IMG/VR virus record: IMGVR_UViG_3300021255_002251
Direction: 5' to 3' (one strand)
Origin: a virus
Lineage: Duplodnaviria > Heunggongvirae > Uroviricota > Caudoviricetes
DNA length: 56,313 nt
Made by a program: the position numbers and the translations under genes
Part shown: positions 36,401-45,000 of the stretch, piece by piece
Numbering within the stretch: position 1 is the first letter of the stretch
How the letters are laid out: every line of letters begins with the position of its first letter
Notes under the pieces: model-generated
The model's input: the letters and a program-made list of their open reading frames with translations, nothing else
Told to the model about the DNA's origin: nothing
The model's database searches: none

Positions 36401-39400
36401 GCAAGAGACATCGGAATGGAAGACACCTGCTGAAGAAGAGACCCTTCTGTGATTTCCATCCTAGGAGCAACGATTGCTCTTCCATACTCATCCTCGAGAT
36501 AACCAGTAGACTTATAGCCATCTCCCCAATCTACCTCTGTCAATTGACTGGAAGGCGGAATGCCTAAAATAACAGAAGTGTACTTTGGTAGATTTGTAAT
36601 GACAATTTCTACTGTAGGCTGAAAAGTGTGTCTAATCCCATTTTCAAACCACAAATCTCCGTCCTTCACGTGGAAGTAGGCATTGCTGAATACTCCAGAA
36701 ACAGGAATAGCGCTGATAACGTCTTCCATGTAGTAATCTCTATAATAGATGTGACATGGAGAAATCCCATCGAAAGAAGCAGGTGAAAATGTCGGGACAT
36801 TCATCATTTCAATATGTGTAATGTTACTACATCCCGCTATAAATGAACTTCCGAGATACAACATCTTTTCTCTTGGTGGATTGAACTCTTGAAGAGCAGA
36901 GCATCCAGCAAAAGCATAGTTTCCTATGTTTGTAACATGCGAAGGCATGGAGAATTCTGCGAGAGCAGAATAGCCCTTGAAAGCATTGTCGCCAATATGT
37001 TTCAACCCTTCATTTAAAACAACTCCGACAACGTTTGTTGTCTTATTTGACATCGAAGAATCCGCATAGACAAAAGGCTTTCCATCTTGAGTCCCTTCGA
37101 TTCTTAAGATGCTTCCTCCTGCCGCCGGCAACAGTCTTATGTTGACGTAATTAGCATCAGAAGTGTATTTATGAGAAACCCCAGAAGCAACTTTACTTGC
37201 GCTGTATGTAGAAGTTCCATCTCCCCAGTCTATGGTGAAACTACCGCTGGCTTCAATCTCTCCGATATGGAAGATGTCGTTTGCGCTAATGTCATTTATG
37301 CCTATCCGATTGCTTCCGAAATCGATTCGGTATCTCCTGTGGTCTCCAGCGCCCCAATTATAGTATCTTATCTCTCCATCTTTGCAGACGAATATTGTTT
37401 TTGTGTTCGCGCTCCACATCCCTCCTTCGCCGTCTCCTAGCTTGTTTGTCACAGATGCGGCCTGCCATGAAGGAAGATATACATATAAAGTCTGATGCAA
37501 TCCAGCAAGAGAGCATTCGCCCTTGCCTGGGATATTGTCCCCAAATGTTATCTGCCTTAGACCTTGTGATGGATTCGCTCCAAACAAGGAATGGCTTTTA
37601 ATCGAATGTATGTTTGTACATGACGTGAAATCAATGCTCCTTTTGGTAAACATAGTGTTTGTAACACAGTAATTCCCAATGGACATGAGATTGTTGTTAG
37701 TCGAAAAGGTTATGGAGTCCAAAGCAGTGCAATCAGCAAAAGCATAGTCGGAAATGTTTGTTATGACCGGTGATGTTATCTGAACATCAGTAATTCTTCT
37801 GCATCCCTTGAAAGAACCTATGCCCAAGTTCATTGTTGATTTCGGTATTACTGCTGTGCCATAGATATTTGTGCAGTTAAGATAAGCAAAATCTCCTATG
37901 CTTTCTATAGAATCTGGCAATGAAAAGAACATATAAATGTCTCCCAATCCTTCGAAAGCCCTGTTACCTATATGTTTCAGACCGCTCGATTCTGAAATCG
38001 AGATATTTGAAATATAGTTTGACATCACCGAAGGAAGGCTGTTCGTTGTTATAACATGATGTTGTAACGGATAGTTCCTTGGATATTCCCAAGTGTCTGT
38101 ATAGTGAGCAAGTCCAACAAATCTGTTTTTCGTAGCTAAGGTTTCGATGTCACCCATAATCACGATTTCGTATGTTCCAGTTGATGCATAAGAATGTTCC
38201 ACTCTTGCATCATCCGTAATGTTGGTAGAAAAAGAGTCCCCGAAGTCAATGATTATTCCACCAGAGTTTTTAGGTGCTATACCTTGGACATAGACAGTAT
38301 TGTACCAGTTCGTTTCCCATCTGTCTCCTATGTAAGTATTGTTCACAACCCAAACGTTGTGCTCATAGTTCGTTGATGTTATAGAATTTATTGTAACCGT
38401 GATGCCTATGGATTTTTTTATGGAGGTCCATATTCCGTTTATCTTAACAACGAATCCGTCTGAACAAATAAACCTTGTTGTAGGAGATGCGCCGAACGGG
38501 AATTCATCTGCAGCAATCAAGTCGTCGCACAGTACATTCGGAAGTCTTATCTTCCTTGTTGTTCGAAGTGAATCTTCAATTGTTAGAGGAACGTCCCTCT
38601 CGTTGATGAAAGCATCCGAATGTATAAGGTTAGGGTAGAATGTCGTTATCTGAATGTCTGACAATGATGTGTCAGCGAAAAGGTTGGAAGCCACTTCGTC
38701 GCAGTTTGTCGGAAATAAATGAAGGCTTCTCATGTCGCATCCTCGAAATGCCGCGTAACCAATCTCTAACACATTGGAAGGAAGATTCATAACGTCGAAT
38801 TTCGAGCAACCATCGAATGCGAAATTTCCTATCGAGATAGTGTTCGGTGGGAGACTTTCTATAATCCCTGATTTGCCAAGTGAAGAGCATTTGGAGAAAG
38901 CGCCTTCTCCTATTACGAGTTGATTTGTAATGGAATTCAAGGCGGAAATGTCGGAAAGATTCTCATTGTTCGCAAACGAAAAATCTCCAATGCCTGTCAA
39001 TGAGGAAGAAGGGATTCCAGAAAGGTTCTGAATAGAACACCCAAAGAATGCATATGACCCAATGGAGGAAACCTCTGGAGAACATCCATTCAACGAAACT
39101 AAAGACGTGCAGTTGCTAAATGTGGAGCTCCCTATCCTCGTGCAGTTCATTGACATGCCTTCAAGCGATGTCAATCCAGTACAGCCAGCAAAGCAGCCGT
39201 CAGACAATTCAACCAAGTTTGTTGGCATTCCTTCCATGCTAATCAATCCGGAACACCCCATGAAGCAATATTCAGGTATCGCAACATTGTTTGTATTAAA
39301 CCCGAGCAGGTTGCGTAACCCTATGCATCTTTGAAAAGCACCAACTCCCAAAGTCATTCCGCCTGAAACGCCCATTCCTTCCAAAGTTGACATTCCTGTG

Positions 39401-42400
39401 CAATCAGAAAAGCAGTAGTCTCCTATAGAAGTTACCGATGAGCTTAGGTTGGTTAAAGACACTATTCCAGAACAACCTTCAAAACAATATGCAGGAAGCT
39501 TAGTAATGTTGTTTGGTATAAAAGAGATTGAGGTTAAACCTTTGCAGTCCTTGAAACATCCAGTCCCGATTTCCAACAAACTATTAGGCAAACCTTCTAG
39601 CGTTTTTAGCCCAATGCATCCGGCGAAACAATTCGTTCCTACCGACAAGACCAATCCTGCCTCCATCCCCTTTAGGGTTCTCAGATTCTTGCAGCCATAG
39701 AAGCAATTGTCTCCTAGTTTTTCAAGTCCTGAAGCCCCACCAATGAAAAATGACACCAGGTTAGTGTTTATGTCGTTCCTTTTATATAATACGGGCATCC
39801 TGTTTTCGGCACCTTGAATTGAATCAACGAACCCCAAGAGAGAAACAGTAAAATCTCCTTTTTTAGTATAGACATGGCTCATGCCTTCATAGTAAGGCTC
39901 TGCCATTCCGTCTCCCCAATCCACTTCTACCTCTTGTCCTTCGCGTGGAACTATCTTACCAAGATAGAACCGTGTGTTCTGAAAGACATTCTCCAGGTAA
40001 AATGAGATTACCTTATAAAATGGCTTCCATTCACCATTTATATACATGACTGTCCCATCTCTACAAGTGAACTTGATGAACGGATTCGTATTTGTATGTA
40101 CGATAAGTTTCTCTATCAGGTCGTCACACCACATCTTTCTTGCGTCTATGTGAGTTCTGGCGACAAACCCAGAATCGTCAGCCGTAGGCTCTGCATTCTC
40201 GCCTACATAGATAAATGCCTCCGTCCCGATTTCTGATAGCACATCCTCGATTGTTCCATTCGTCATGCTGGAGCATTGAGCAAAACTATAGGCATCAATC
40301 TTCGTGGAGCTTGCGGGAATCGTTCCCATCGTGGTTATGTTGGTGCAGGACAGGAAAGCCCTCTTGGGAATAGAAACGAGGTTCGTGCTAAGTCCTTCCG
40401 TGCTCTGTAGGTTCATACACCCTGCAAATGCGGAGTCGCCTATAGAAGTAACGGAATCAGGCATGTCCCCAATGTTCTCTATCCCCGTCCCCTGAAAGGC
40501 ATTTTCCCCAATCGTCTCCACGGTCTGCGGTAGCCCTTGTAGGCTCACAAGATTGGTGCAGCCCGCAAAAGCGCCCTCGCCAATGCTCGTCACATTGGAA
40601 GAATCTAGTCCGTCTAACGATTCCAGACCGTAGCAGTTAGCAAAGCAGTAAGGGCTGACATACCCGACAAGGCTTGGCCATCCAACAAGAGACCGAATGG
40701 AATAACACTCCCTAAACGCCTCATCCCCGACATCCAATATGCTGGAAGGCAAGCCGCCTATGGAAAGAAGATTCTTGTCGTATGCGAATATCGATGCAGG
40801 CAGAAGCGACAAGTTGGAGGGAAGCCCAGACAAGTCCTCGATGCCAGACCTCGCAAAGCATCCCTCTCCGTAAGTGACGAGACCTCTCGTCATTGAAGCC
40901 GAGAGGTTTTCGAGCCTTGTCTTGCTCACGTCTCTTTTTACTGGGACGGGTGGCGCGCCTCTCGACCTCGGAAGATTCAACGTGTTTATGTTTCGAAGGT
41001 TCGGGCATCTCGAAAAAGTATGGCTGCCTATGGCCTGCAACGGAGTGTTCTCGTCTATCTTGAATCCAACTAGATACGGATTCTCCACACCGACAACCGG
41101 TCGAATGTAAGCTCCAGATTCGGCGCTAGGGGAACTTATGCTTTGCAGAAGCCCTTTCACCTTTACCACATAGTTGCGAGGGACGGCATTCGTGTATGTG
41201 TGGGAAGGGGGAGCCTTGGTAATCCATCTTTCCACGTGTCCGTCTCCCCAGTTCCAGACGATGCTCGCATTGTCATAGGTTCTGGTGTTGGCAACGGAGA
41301 ACGTCACTCCGTTGGAAACGGAAGAGAGCTCAAACTCTATTGCGGGAACCAGGACTTCCCATCTCCGTATCTGCTCTCCGTTATTGTATAGGAGTTCTCC
41401 GTTGTCGCACACGAACTTTGTGATTGTCGGGTCTATTCCCGACCTTTGGTCGCCCCCTCCGTCCACGAGTCCGAACTGGTTTGCCACTTCCACGTAGGAC
41501 ATTCCAGAGCAGTCCATAAGAAGTTTGAAGTTGAAGCCGTCCTCATCCGTCTTGGTCGACACCGAAGGGTCTGTGCCGCATCCTAGAAAGGCATTGTTGC
41601 CTATCGTCACCTGCCGAGGTATGTTGAAGTCTGCCAGTTTGGAACATCTTGCAAAGGCATCTCTTCCGATGCTCGTCACTCCGTCAAGAGTGGGCAGTTC
41701 CGTGAGGGAAGAACAGTCTTGGAAGCAGCCGTTCGGAATGGAGGTGATGTTAAGGTTAGTCACGAACGATACGGACTGCAGGTTTGCGCATCCATTAAAG
41801 GTGTTCTCTCCCAAAGAACTGATGTTGCGAAGATACCCTTCACCAGTGGTGATCCCGGAATTGCGGAAACATCCGTTTGGCAATGCACTTACGGAAGTGG
41901 AAACGAGCCAAGGCAGATTGGTAATGTTAGAGCATCCAGCAAAGCACTCTATTCCTAGGGCATCGAGCGAAGTCCCAACTCCAGTTATGCTATCCGCTGT
42001 GAGTTCAATGCAGTTTCGGAAAGTACCCTCTCCGAAGTTCCGTATGCCAACGGCATTTCCGAAGTCTACGGCAACTAGGCTGCTATTGGTTGCATTTCCG
42101 TCTATAGAGACAAACGGCCTTGTCGCATCTCCGCTGATGGAATCCAGCGCTCCTAGAACCTTTATCGTTATGTTCGTCTGGCTTGTGAAAGCATATGTGT
42201 GAGCCGTCTCCTTGTTTATAGTTCCATCGCCCCAGTCTATGGAATAGGTGCTATCCGCAGGAACGTCCCTTACCGCCCTCTTGCTAAGACTTCTCGTGGC
42301 TACCCTTGGAGAAGAAGAAGGAACGATGTCTCCAAGCGCAACAGTGTTTGTGCTTATCCCCATTAAGGAAAAAGCGGTGCTGGTAAGATTCACCGTCCAG

Positions 42401-44466
42401 CCACCGCTTCCATCGGACACGAGCTGTCCGTCCGTGGCGATGAACACGGACGCTCCGGGAGGTTCGCCGCTATTTCGGATTCCGAAAGGAAATGAAGTCA
42501 TGTTAGTGATAGCATCTATGTCTTTTCCAATGCACCTGACATTCAGAGGCATTTCGCCACCGCACGAAGCAAGAAAATCAGATGATATGGAATCAGATGT
42601 CAAGCTCCCCGAAATCGTTACTAAAGTTAGGCTCTCATCCCCAGAGAAAAGACCTCTTTCCAAAAGACGAAGTTCTTCTATGTTCAAGTCGGCTTCTTTC
42701 AAGCCTCTACATTCAGCAAAAGCATAATCCATTATTTCAGCCATATGCTGTGGGATTCCTTCAAGAGTCGAAAGACTCGAACATCCGTAAAAAGCATTTA
42801 TCGGAATGTTTGTCACGCTATCCGGCAATCCATCAATTGACAAAAGATTAGAACAGCTCCTAAAACACGAGCTCCCTAGCGATGACAACCGTGTAGATGA
42901 TAGGTTCTGTATGGAAGTGAGTGATTCGCAGCCTTCAAAACACCTAATTCCAATAGACTCAACACCAGACGGTATACCATTAAGAGTTGTCAATCCAGAA
43001 AAAGCAAAACACCTTGTACTGATACTTTTGATGGCGAGAGAGATCCCTTCAAGAGAAGTTAGGCGAGTGCTTTGAAAGCACAAAGTAGGGAGTTGCCAGA
43101 TAGATGACGGCATACCAGCTAGACTCGTTATTCCGCATCCCCAAAAGCATCCTTGTCCTAGGTTTGTCACAGAGTTCGGGAGAAAGGACAGGTCACCTGA
43201 CATTCCGCCGCATCCGCAAAAAGAATAATCGCCAACAACCTCCAAAGGCATCAAAGCATCCATCCTCACAGATGCAAGGCTATTTGTAGATATTGCTCCA
43301 TCCACGTCAAGATATGCGAAAGGCAGATGGCTATGTCCGCTAATCTTCTTGACAAAACCCTTTACCTTAACTGTGACGGTATCGCTAGAATATGCGGTGT
43401 ACGTGTGGTTGGTTGGAATTGTCGCAAGTTCCACTTCGCTCCCGTCCCCCCAGTCAATCTCCACCATGTCCCCCGGTATGCTCATGTCGGCTGAAGTCAA
43501 GAAGCACTTGAAGTTCTGCGCGGGAGCATTGAATGTGAATGACATGGAAGGAATTCCGGCGATGCTGTTCACGACCTGCTTGATTCCCCTCAAAGTGTCG
43601 GCAATTCCGTTTATCGTCTGCAGGCGCTCCTCCGTAATCTGCTCCGCAATCGGAACTAGATTTGTCTTTGCAACAAACTGGTCGAACTTCCCCTCGAAAG
43701 CCTTTTCTAGCATGTCGGTGTAGACTACCATCGCGGAAGTCTTGTTTGTCGCGACGAAAGATAGGCTTCCTATCTGCACAACTGGCTCGTTGAACGGGAG
43801 CTCTACCGTATAAGTGGAAGTCGCTCCGTTCTCCAACGTCCAAATCCCATTGGTGAAGTATAGGTTGACGTATACGGTTGGGTCTTCCTTGTCCTCCCAC
43901 CTCCAGTAAGCATAAGGTATATCTGGATTGTCTACCATGGAGAGGGTCACCCCTCTCGAAGGTTCTACGAACTCCCAGACGGATATGACCTTGTCCGCCT
44001 TCTTCTCGTCTGGCGGAATGTCGGAAAGATATGCCACCTTCGTCCAGTTGGTTGTAACCTCACCCAACTCGTTTGTCGCTATGGAGACTATCTTCTCATT
44101 TGTAGCATACTCCTTCAGCGTCTTTTCCAGCCCATCCTCATACACGGTATAGTAGGTGTTCGTGGTTATGACGATGGCACCTTCAACAACGTTAGTCTCC
44201 ACTACCTTGTGGCTAGGCTCCGCAATGTTGATGGATTCCGACCCGACAGAGAGGACGCCGTTCGTGAGCTTCACGACGGAGACAATCTGGTTGCTCGCTA
44301 TCTCCTGAATGTAGATGCCTACCGGATACTCTGGGTTGAAGTCGTTAAGAGTGTCGGTTATCTTCGGCTTGTCGCTAGGCGCTCCGAACATGGTAGCGGC
44401 GGCGGTGAGCGCCGTCGCGATTGTGATAGCAGTCTTCTTCATCATTCCTGCGATGTTCATTATCAT
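33457..44466 (-). CDS. Giant BspA-type LRR / PKD-like repeat protein with signal peptide, 3669 aa
   Basis: MMKKTAITIATALTAAATMFGA signal-like start, nine (W/F)GD(G/S) PKD-like modules, and many IG..(A/C)F..C..L LRR units. Confidence 0.9.
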   Translation of the reverse strand: MIMNIAGMMKKTAITIATALTAAATMFGAPSDKPKITDTLNDFNPEYPVGIYIQEIASNQIVSVVKLTNGVLSVGSESINIAEPSHKVVETNVVEGAIVITTNTYYTVYEDGLEKTLKEYATNEKIVSIATNELGEVTTNWTKVAYLSDIPPDEKKADKVISVWEFVEPSRGVTLSMVDNPDIPYAYWRWEDKEDPTVYVNLYFTNGIWTLENGATSTYTVELPFNEPVVQIGSLSFVATNKTSAMVVYTDMLEKAFEGKFDQFVAKTNLVPIAEQITEERLQTINGIADTLRGIKQVVNSIAGIPSMSFTFNAPAQNFKCFLTSADMSIPGDMVEIDWGDGSEVELATIPTNHTYTAYSSDTVTVKVKGFVKKISGHSHLPFAYLDVDGAISTNSLASVRMDALMPLEVVGDYSFCGCGGMSGDLSFLPNSVTNLGQGCFWGCGITSLAGMPSSIWQLPTLCFQSTRLTSLEGISLAIKSISTRCFAFSGLTTLNGIPSGVESIGIRCFEGCESLTSIQNLSSTRLSSLGSSCFRSCSNLLSIDGLPDSVTNIPINAFYGCSSLSTLEGIPQHMAEIMDYAFAECRGLKEADLNIEELRLLERGLFSGDESLTLVTISGSLTSDSISSDFLASCGGEMPLNVRCIGKDIDAITNMTSFPFGIRNSGEPPGASVFIATDGQLVSDGSGGWTVNLTSTAFSLMGISTNTVALGDIVPSSSPRVATRSLSKRAVRDVPADSTYSIDWGDGTINKETAHTYAFTSQTNITIKVLGALDSISGDATRPFVSIDGNATNSSLVAVDFGNAVGIRNFGEGTFRNCIELTADSITGVGTSLDALGIECFAGCSNITNLPWLVSTSVSALPNGCFRNSGITTGEGYLRNISSLGENTFNGCANLQSVSFVTNLNITSIPNGCFQDCSSLTELPTLDGVTSIGRDAFARCSKLADFNIPRQVTIGNNAFLGCGTDPSVSTKTDEDGFNFKLLMDCSGMSYVEVANQFGLVDGGGDQRSGIDPTITKFVCDNGELLYNNGEQIRRWEVLVPAIEFELSSVSNGVTFSVANTRTYDNASIVWNWGDGHVERWITKAPPSHTYTNAVPRNYVVKVKGLLQSISSPSAESGAYIRPVVGVENPYLVGFKIDENTPLQAIGSHTFSRCPNLRNINTLNLPRSRGAPPVPVKRDVSKTRLENLSASMTRGLVTYGEGCFARSGIEDLSGLPSNLSLLPASIFAYDKNLLSIGGLPSSILDVGDEAFRECYSIRSLVGWPSLVGYVSPYCFANCYGLESLDGLDSSNVTSIGEGAFAGCTNLVSLQGLPQTVETIGENAFQGTGIENIGDMPDSVTSIGDSAFAGCMNLQSTEGLSTNLVSIPKRAFLSCTNITTMGTIPASSTKIDAYSFAQCSSMTNGTIEDVLSEIGTEAFIYVGENAEPTADDSGFVARTHIDARKMWCDDLIEKLIVHTNTNPFIKFTCRDGTVMYINGEWKPFYKVISFYLENVFQNTRFYLGKIVPREGQEVEVDWGDGMAEPYYEGMSHVYTKKGDFTVSLLGFVDSIQGAENRMPVLYKRNDINTNLVSFFIGGASGLEKLGDNCFYGCKNLRTLKGMEAGLVLSVGTNCFAGCIGLKTLEGLPNSLLEIGTGCFKDCKGLTSISFIPNNITKLPAYCFEGCSGIVSLTNLSSSVTSIGDYCFSDCTGMSTLEGMGVSGGMTLGVGAFQRCIGLRNLLGFNTNNVAIPEYCFMGCSGLISMEGMPTNLVELSDGCFAGCTGLTSLEGMSMNCTRIGSSTFSNCTSLVSLNGCSPEVSSIGSYAFFGCSIQNLSGIPSSSLTGIGDFSFANNENLSDISALNSITNQLVIGEGAFSKCSSLGKSGIIESLPPNTISIGNFAFDGCSKFDVMNLPSNVLEIGYAAFRGCDMRSLHLFPTNCDEVASNLFADTSLSDIQITTFYPNLIHSDAFINERDVPLTIEDSLRTTRKIRLPNVLCDDLIAADEFPFGASPTTRFICSDGFVVKINGIWTSIKKSIGITVTINSITSTNYEHNVWVVNNTYIGDRWETNWYNTVYVQGIAPKNSGGIIIDFGDSFSTNITDDARVEHSYASTGTYEIVIMGDIETLATKNRFVGLAHYTDTWEYPRNYPLQHHVITTNSLPSVMSNYISNISISESSGLKHIGNRAFEGLGDIYMFFSLPDSIESIGDFAYLNCTNIYGTAVIPKSTMNLGIGSFKGCRRITDVQITSPVITNISDYAFADCTALDSITFSTNNNLMSIGNYCVTNTMFTKRSIDFTSCTNIHSIKSHSLFGANPSQGLRQITFGDNIPGKGECSLAGLHQTLYVYLPSWQAASVTNKLGDGEGGMWSANTKTIFVCKDGEIRYYNWGAGDHRRYRIDFGSNRIGINDISANDIFHIGEIEASGSFTIDWGDGTSTYSASKVASGVSHKYTSDANYVNIRLLPAAGGSILRIEGTQDGKPFVYADSSMSNKTTNVVGVVLNEGLKHIGDNAFKGYSALAEFSMPSHVTNIGNYAFAGCSALQEFNPPREKMLYLGSSFIAGCSNITHIEMMNVPTFSPASFDGISPCHIYYRDYYMEDVISAIPVSGVFSNAYFHVKDGDLWFENGIRHTFQPTVEIVITNLPKYTSVILGIPPSSQLTEVDWGDGYKSTGYLEDEYGRAIVAPRMEITEGSLLQQVSSIPMSLAHILAPSGDTLERTAIKLCNYLYSSVPSFVPEPLPPTVPGDKVESFIWDIDTSEHRKALAASMSMPLTIVTPARVLARDIWGLVTIPVELTDGTITHKQIMDIIGTKVFGYKPASMSSTSRAGSMVGMLGLNVHPTLPKTESCLPSLDTYDYIPGFKRTGLQGDIKIRIVGDAILSGWLKAQGLDQNNPTNYVPFITDENYNSLMPHVKSIMFNKDCQQTGFGDWFFSNSKVDHIDVESHGKTLSVGIGCFARSDVANLDRKRIDTSIAKDYEFYECANITNISKQFGTLNHVGKYSFKDTGLTSLVGWQEGDSKVQDGAFDNTRLKSLEGMPNSITEIGLFAFRNTNITNLYGMSTNVVTIRRQAFRDTKNLVDTRGLPKSLEMIEGYAFYGTDNLKLIEMPNRSVKFYYESFLANREDDKYPYGPPHDFPFNQSTTHQFFHFPQSDIFGFRPNVFTATYMLDGSRYERDSYSTVVGPVGRYDYVIGCFCENGIVTYGEKAGLSISSPVSTTQISVNSGTTVAPGYFKTYDSSRQLLIDWGDGNRDFYDTEDMIAVEKGTKALKSHKYSQPGSYYIKTYGYIMNVAYRPIAGKTIANLFYPSSSIRSFAFNSDTCISSIGRNAFSLENGASQDVEVTCEASPMDDHRRVPLPGEASYFDTQRMKDVPGYPFGVQNLDKIHGIDYTRYDIAYYLSNVPAGTKLGYFGRDGSKKQSISVVWGDGAYSSIGGNDGNTYHTFSKKGDYIVAVKIHNQESLYKFVCGLPSIDEGGGRSPCPSLRVVGGEFSRNNPYLYRVEANGILNIGDYAFYGCSNMRSISAFNSSIGRIGTSAFEGAGLSRVPMINTNAGRLEIGNRAFKVASNHFWIYLGNQFSQINLGDDVFNVQRPYGASNLDIYLNGKEGTIRSRSGFPFCSLSDEGFGQTEGKTWTEAHAFHLRIWCLADWGTQPKGYYITPRKTGGSGASATYTWVGEATNWFPDF

Positions 44467-44486
44467 CCTCCGAAAAAATGTATCAC

Positions 44487-44960
44487 CTACTCGTCATCGT
44501 TGATGCCGAGAAGGGGCTTCATTACGGCGTCGTTGAACGTCTCCTTGGACCTCATCAGCGTGTCCGAATCCTTCAGCGGCTTGCACTCCCCAATTCGCAC
44601 CTTCATGTCGTAAGCCTTCTCTATCGCCGCCTTTAGCTTCTCCCAAACGTCGTCAGGCTTTATGATTTCGTCCCAGAATGCATCCACCAGAACCGAACCC
44701 TGCTTTCGGACAACATTGTGTCCGTCGTGTTCCACGGTAGCGAGAAGCGGCTCCATCAGGACGGCATTTATGGCATCCTTGAACTGGCGGAGAGTGGTGG
44801 CCTTTGTCATTACGCCAATGGAATCGGCAGCATCGGACATCTTCACAATGCGCTCTGCGAGTTCATCGAAGAAGTCCGGCTTGTCTATGATGTCGTTCCA
44901 CGACTTGTCCACAACAAGAACGCTGGAAGCATCGCCTTTTCTGAATATTGCCGGATCCAT
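44487..44960 (-). CDS. Two-repeat small protein, putative adaptor or chaperone
   Basis: Two copies of W..I..KP...TL...K...N....PLL. Confidence 0.8.
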   Translation of the reverse strand: MDPAIFRKGDASSVLVVDKSWNDIIDKPDFFDELAERIVKMSDAADSIGVMTKATTLRQFKDAINAVLMEPLLATVEHDGHNVVRKQGSVLVDAFWDEIIKPDDVWEKLKAAIEKAYDMKVRIGECKPLKDSDTLMRSKETFNDAVMKPLLGINDDE

Positions 44961-45000
44961 TTCACGAAATGCCCAGATGACAAATCTTTCGCAATGGAAC

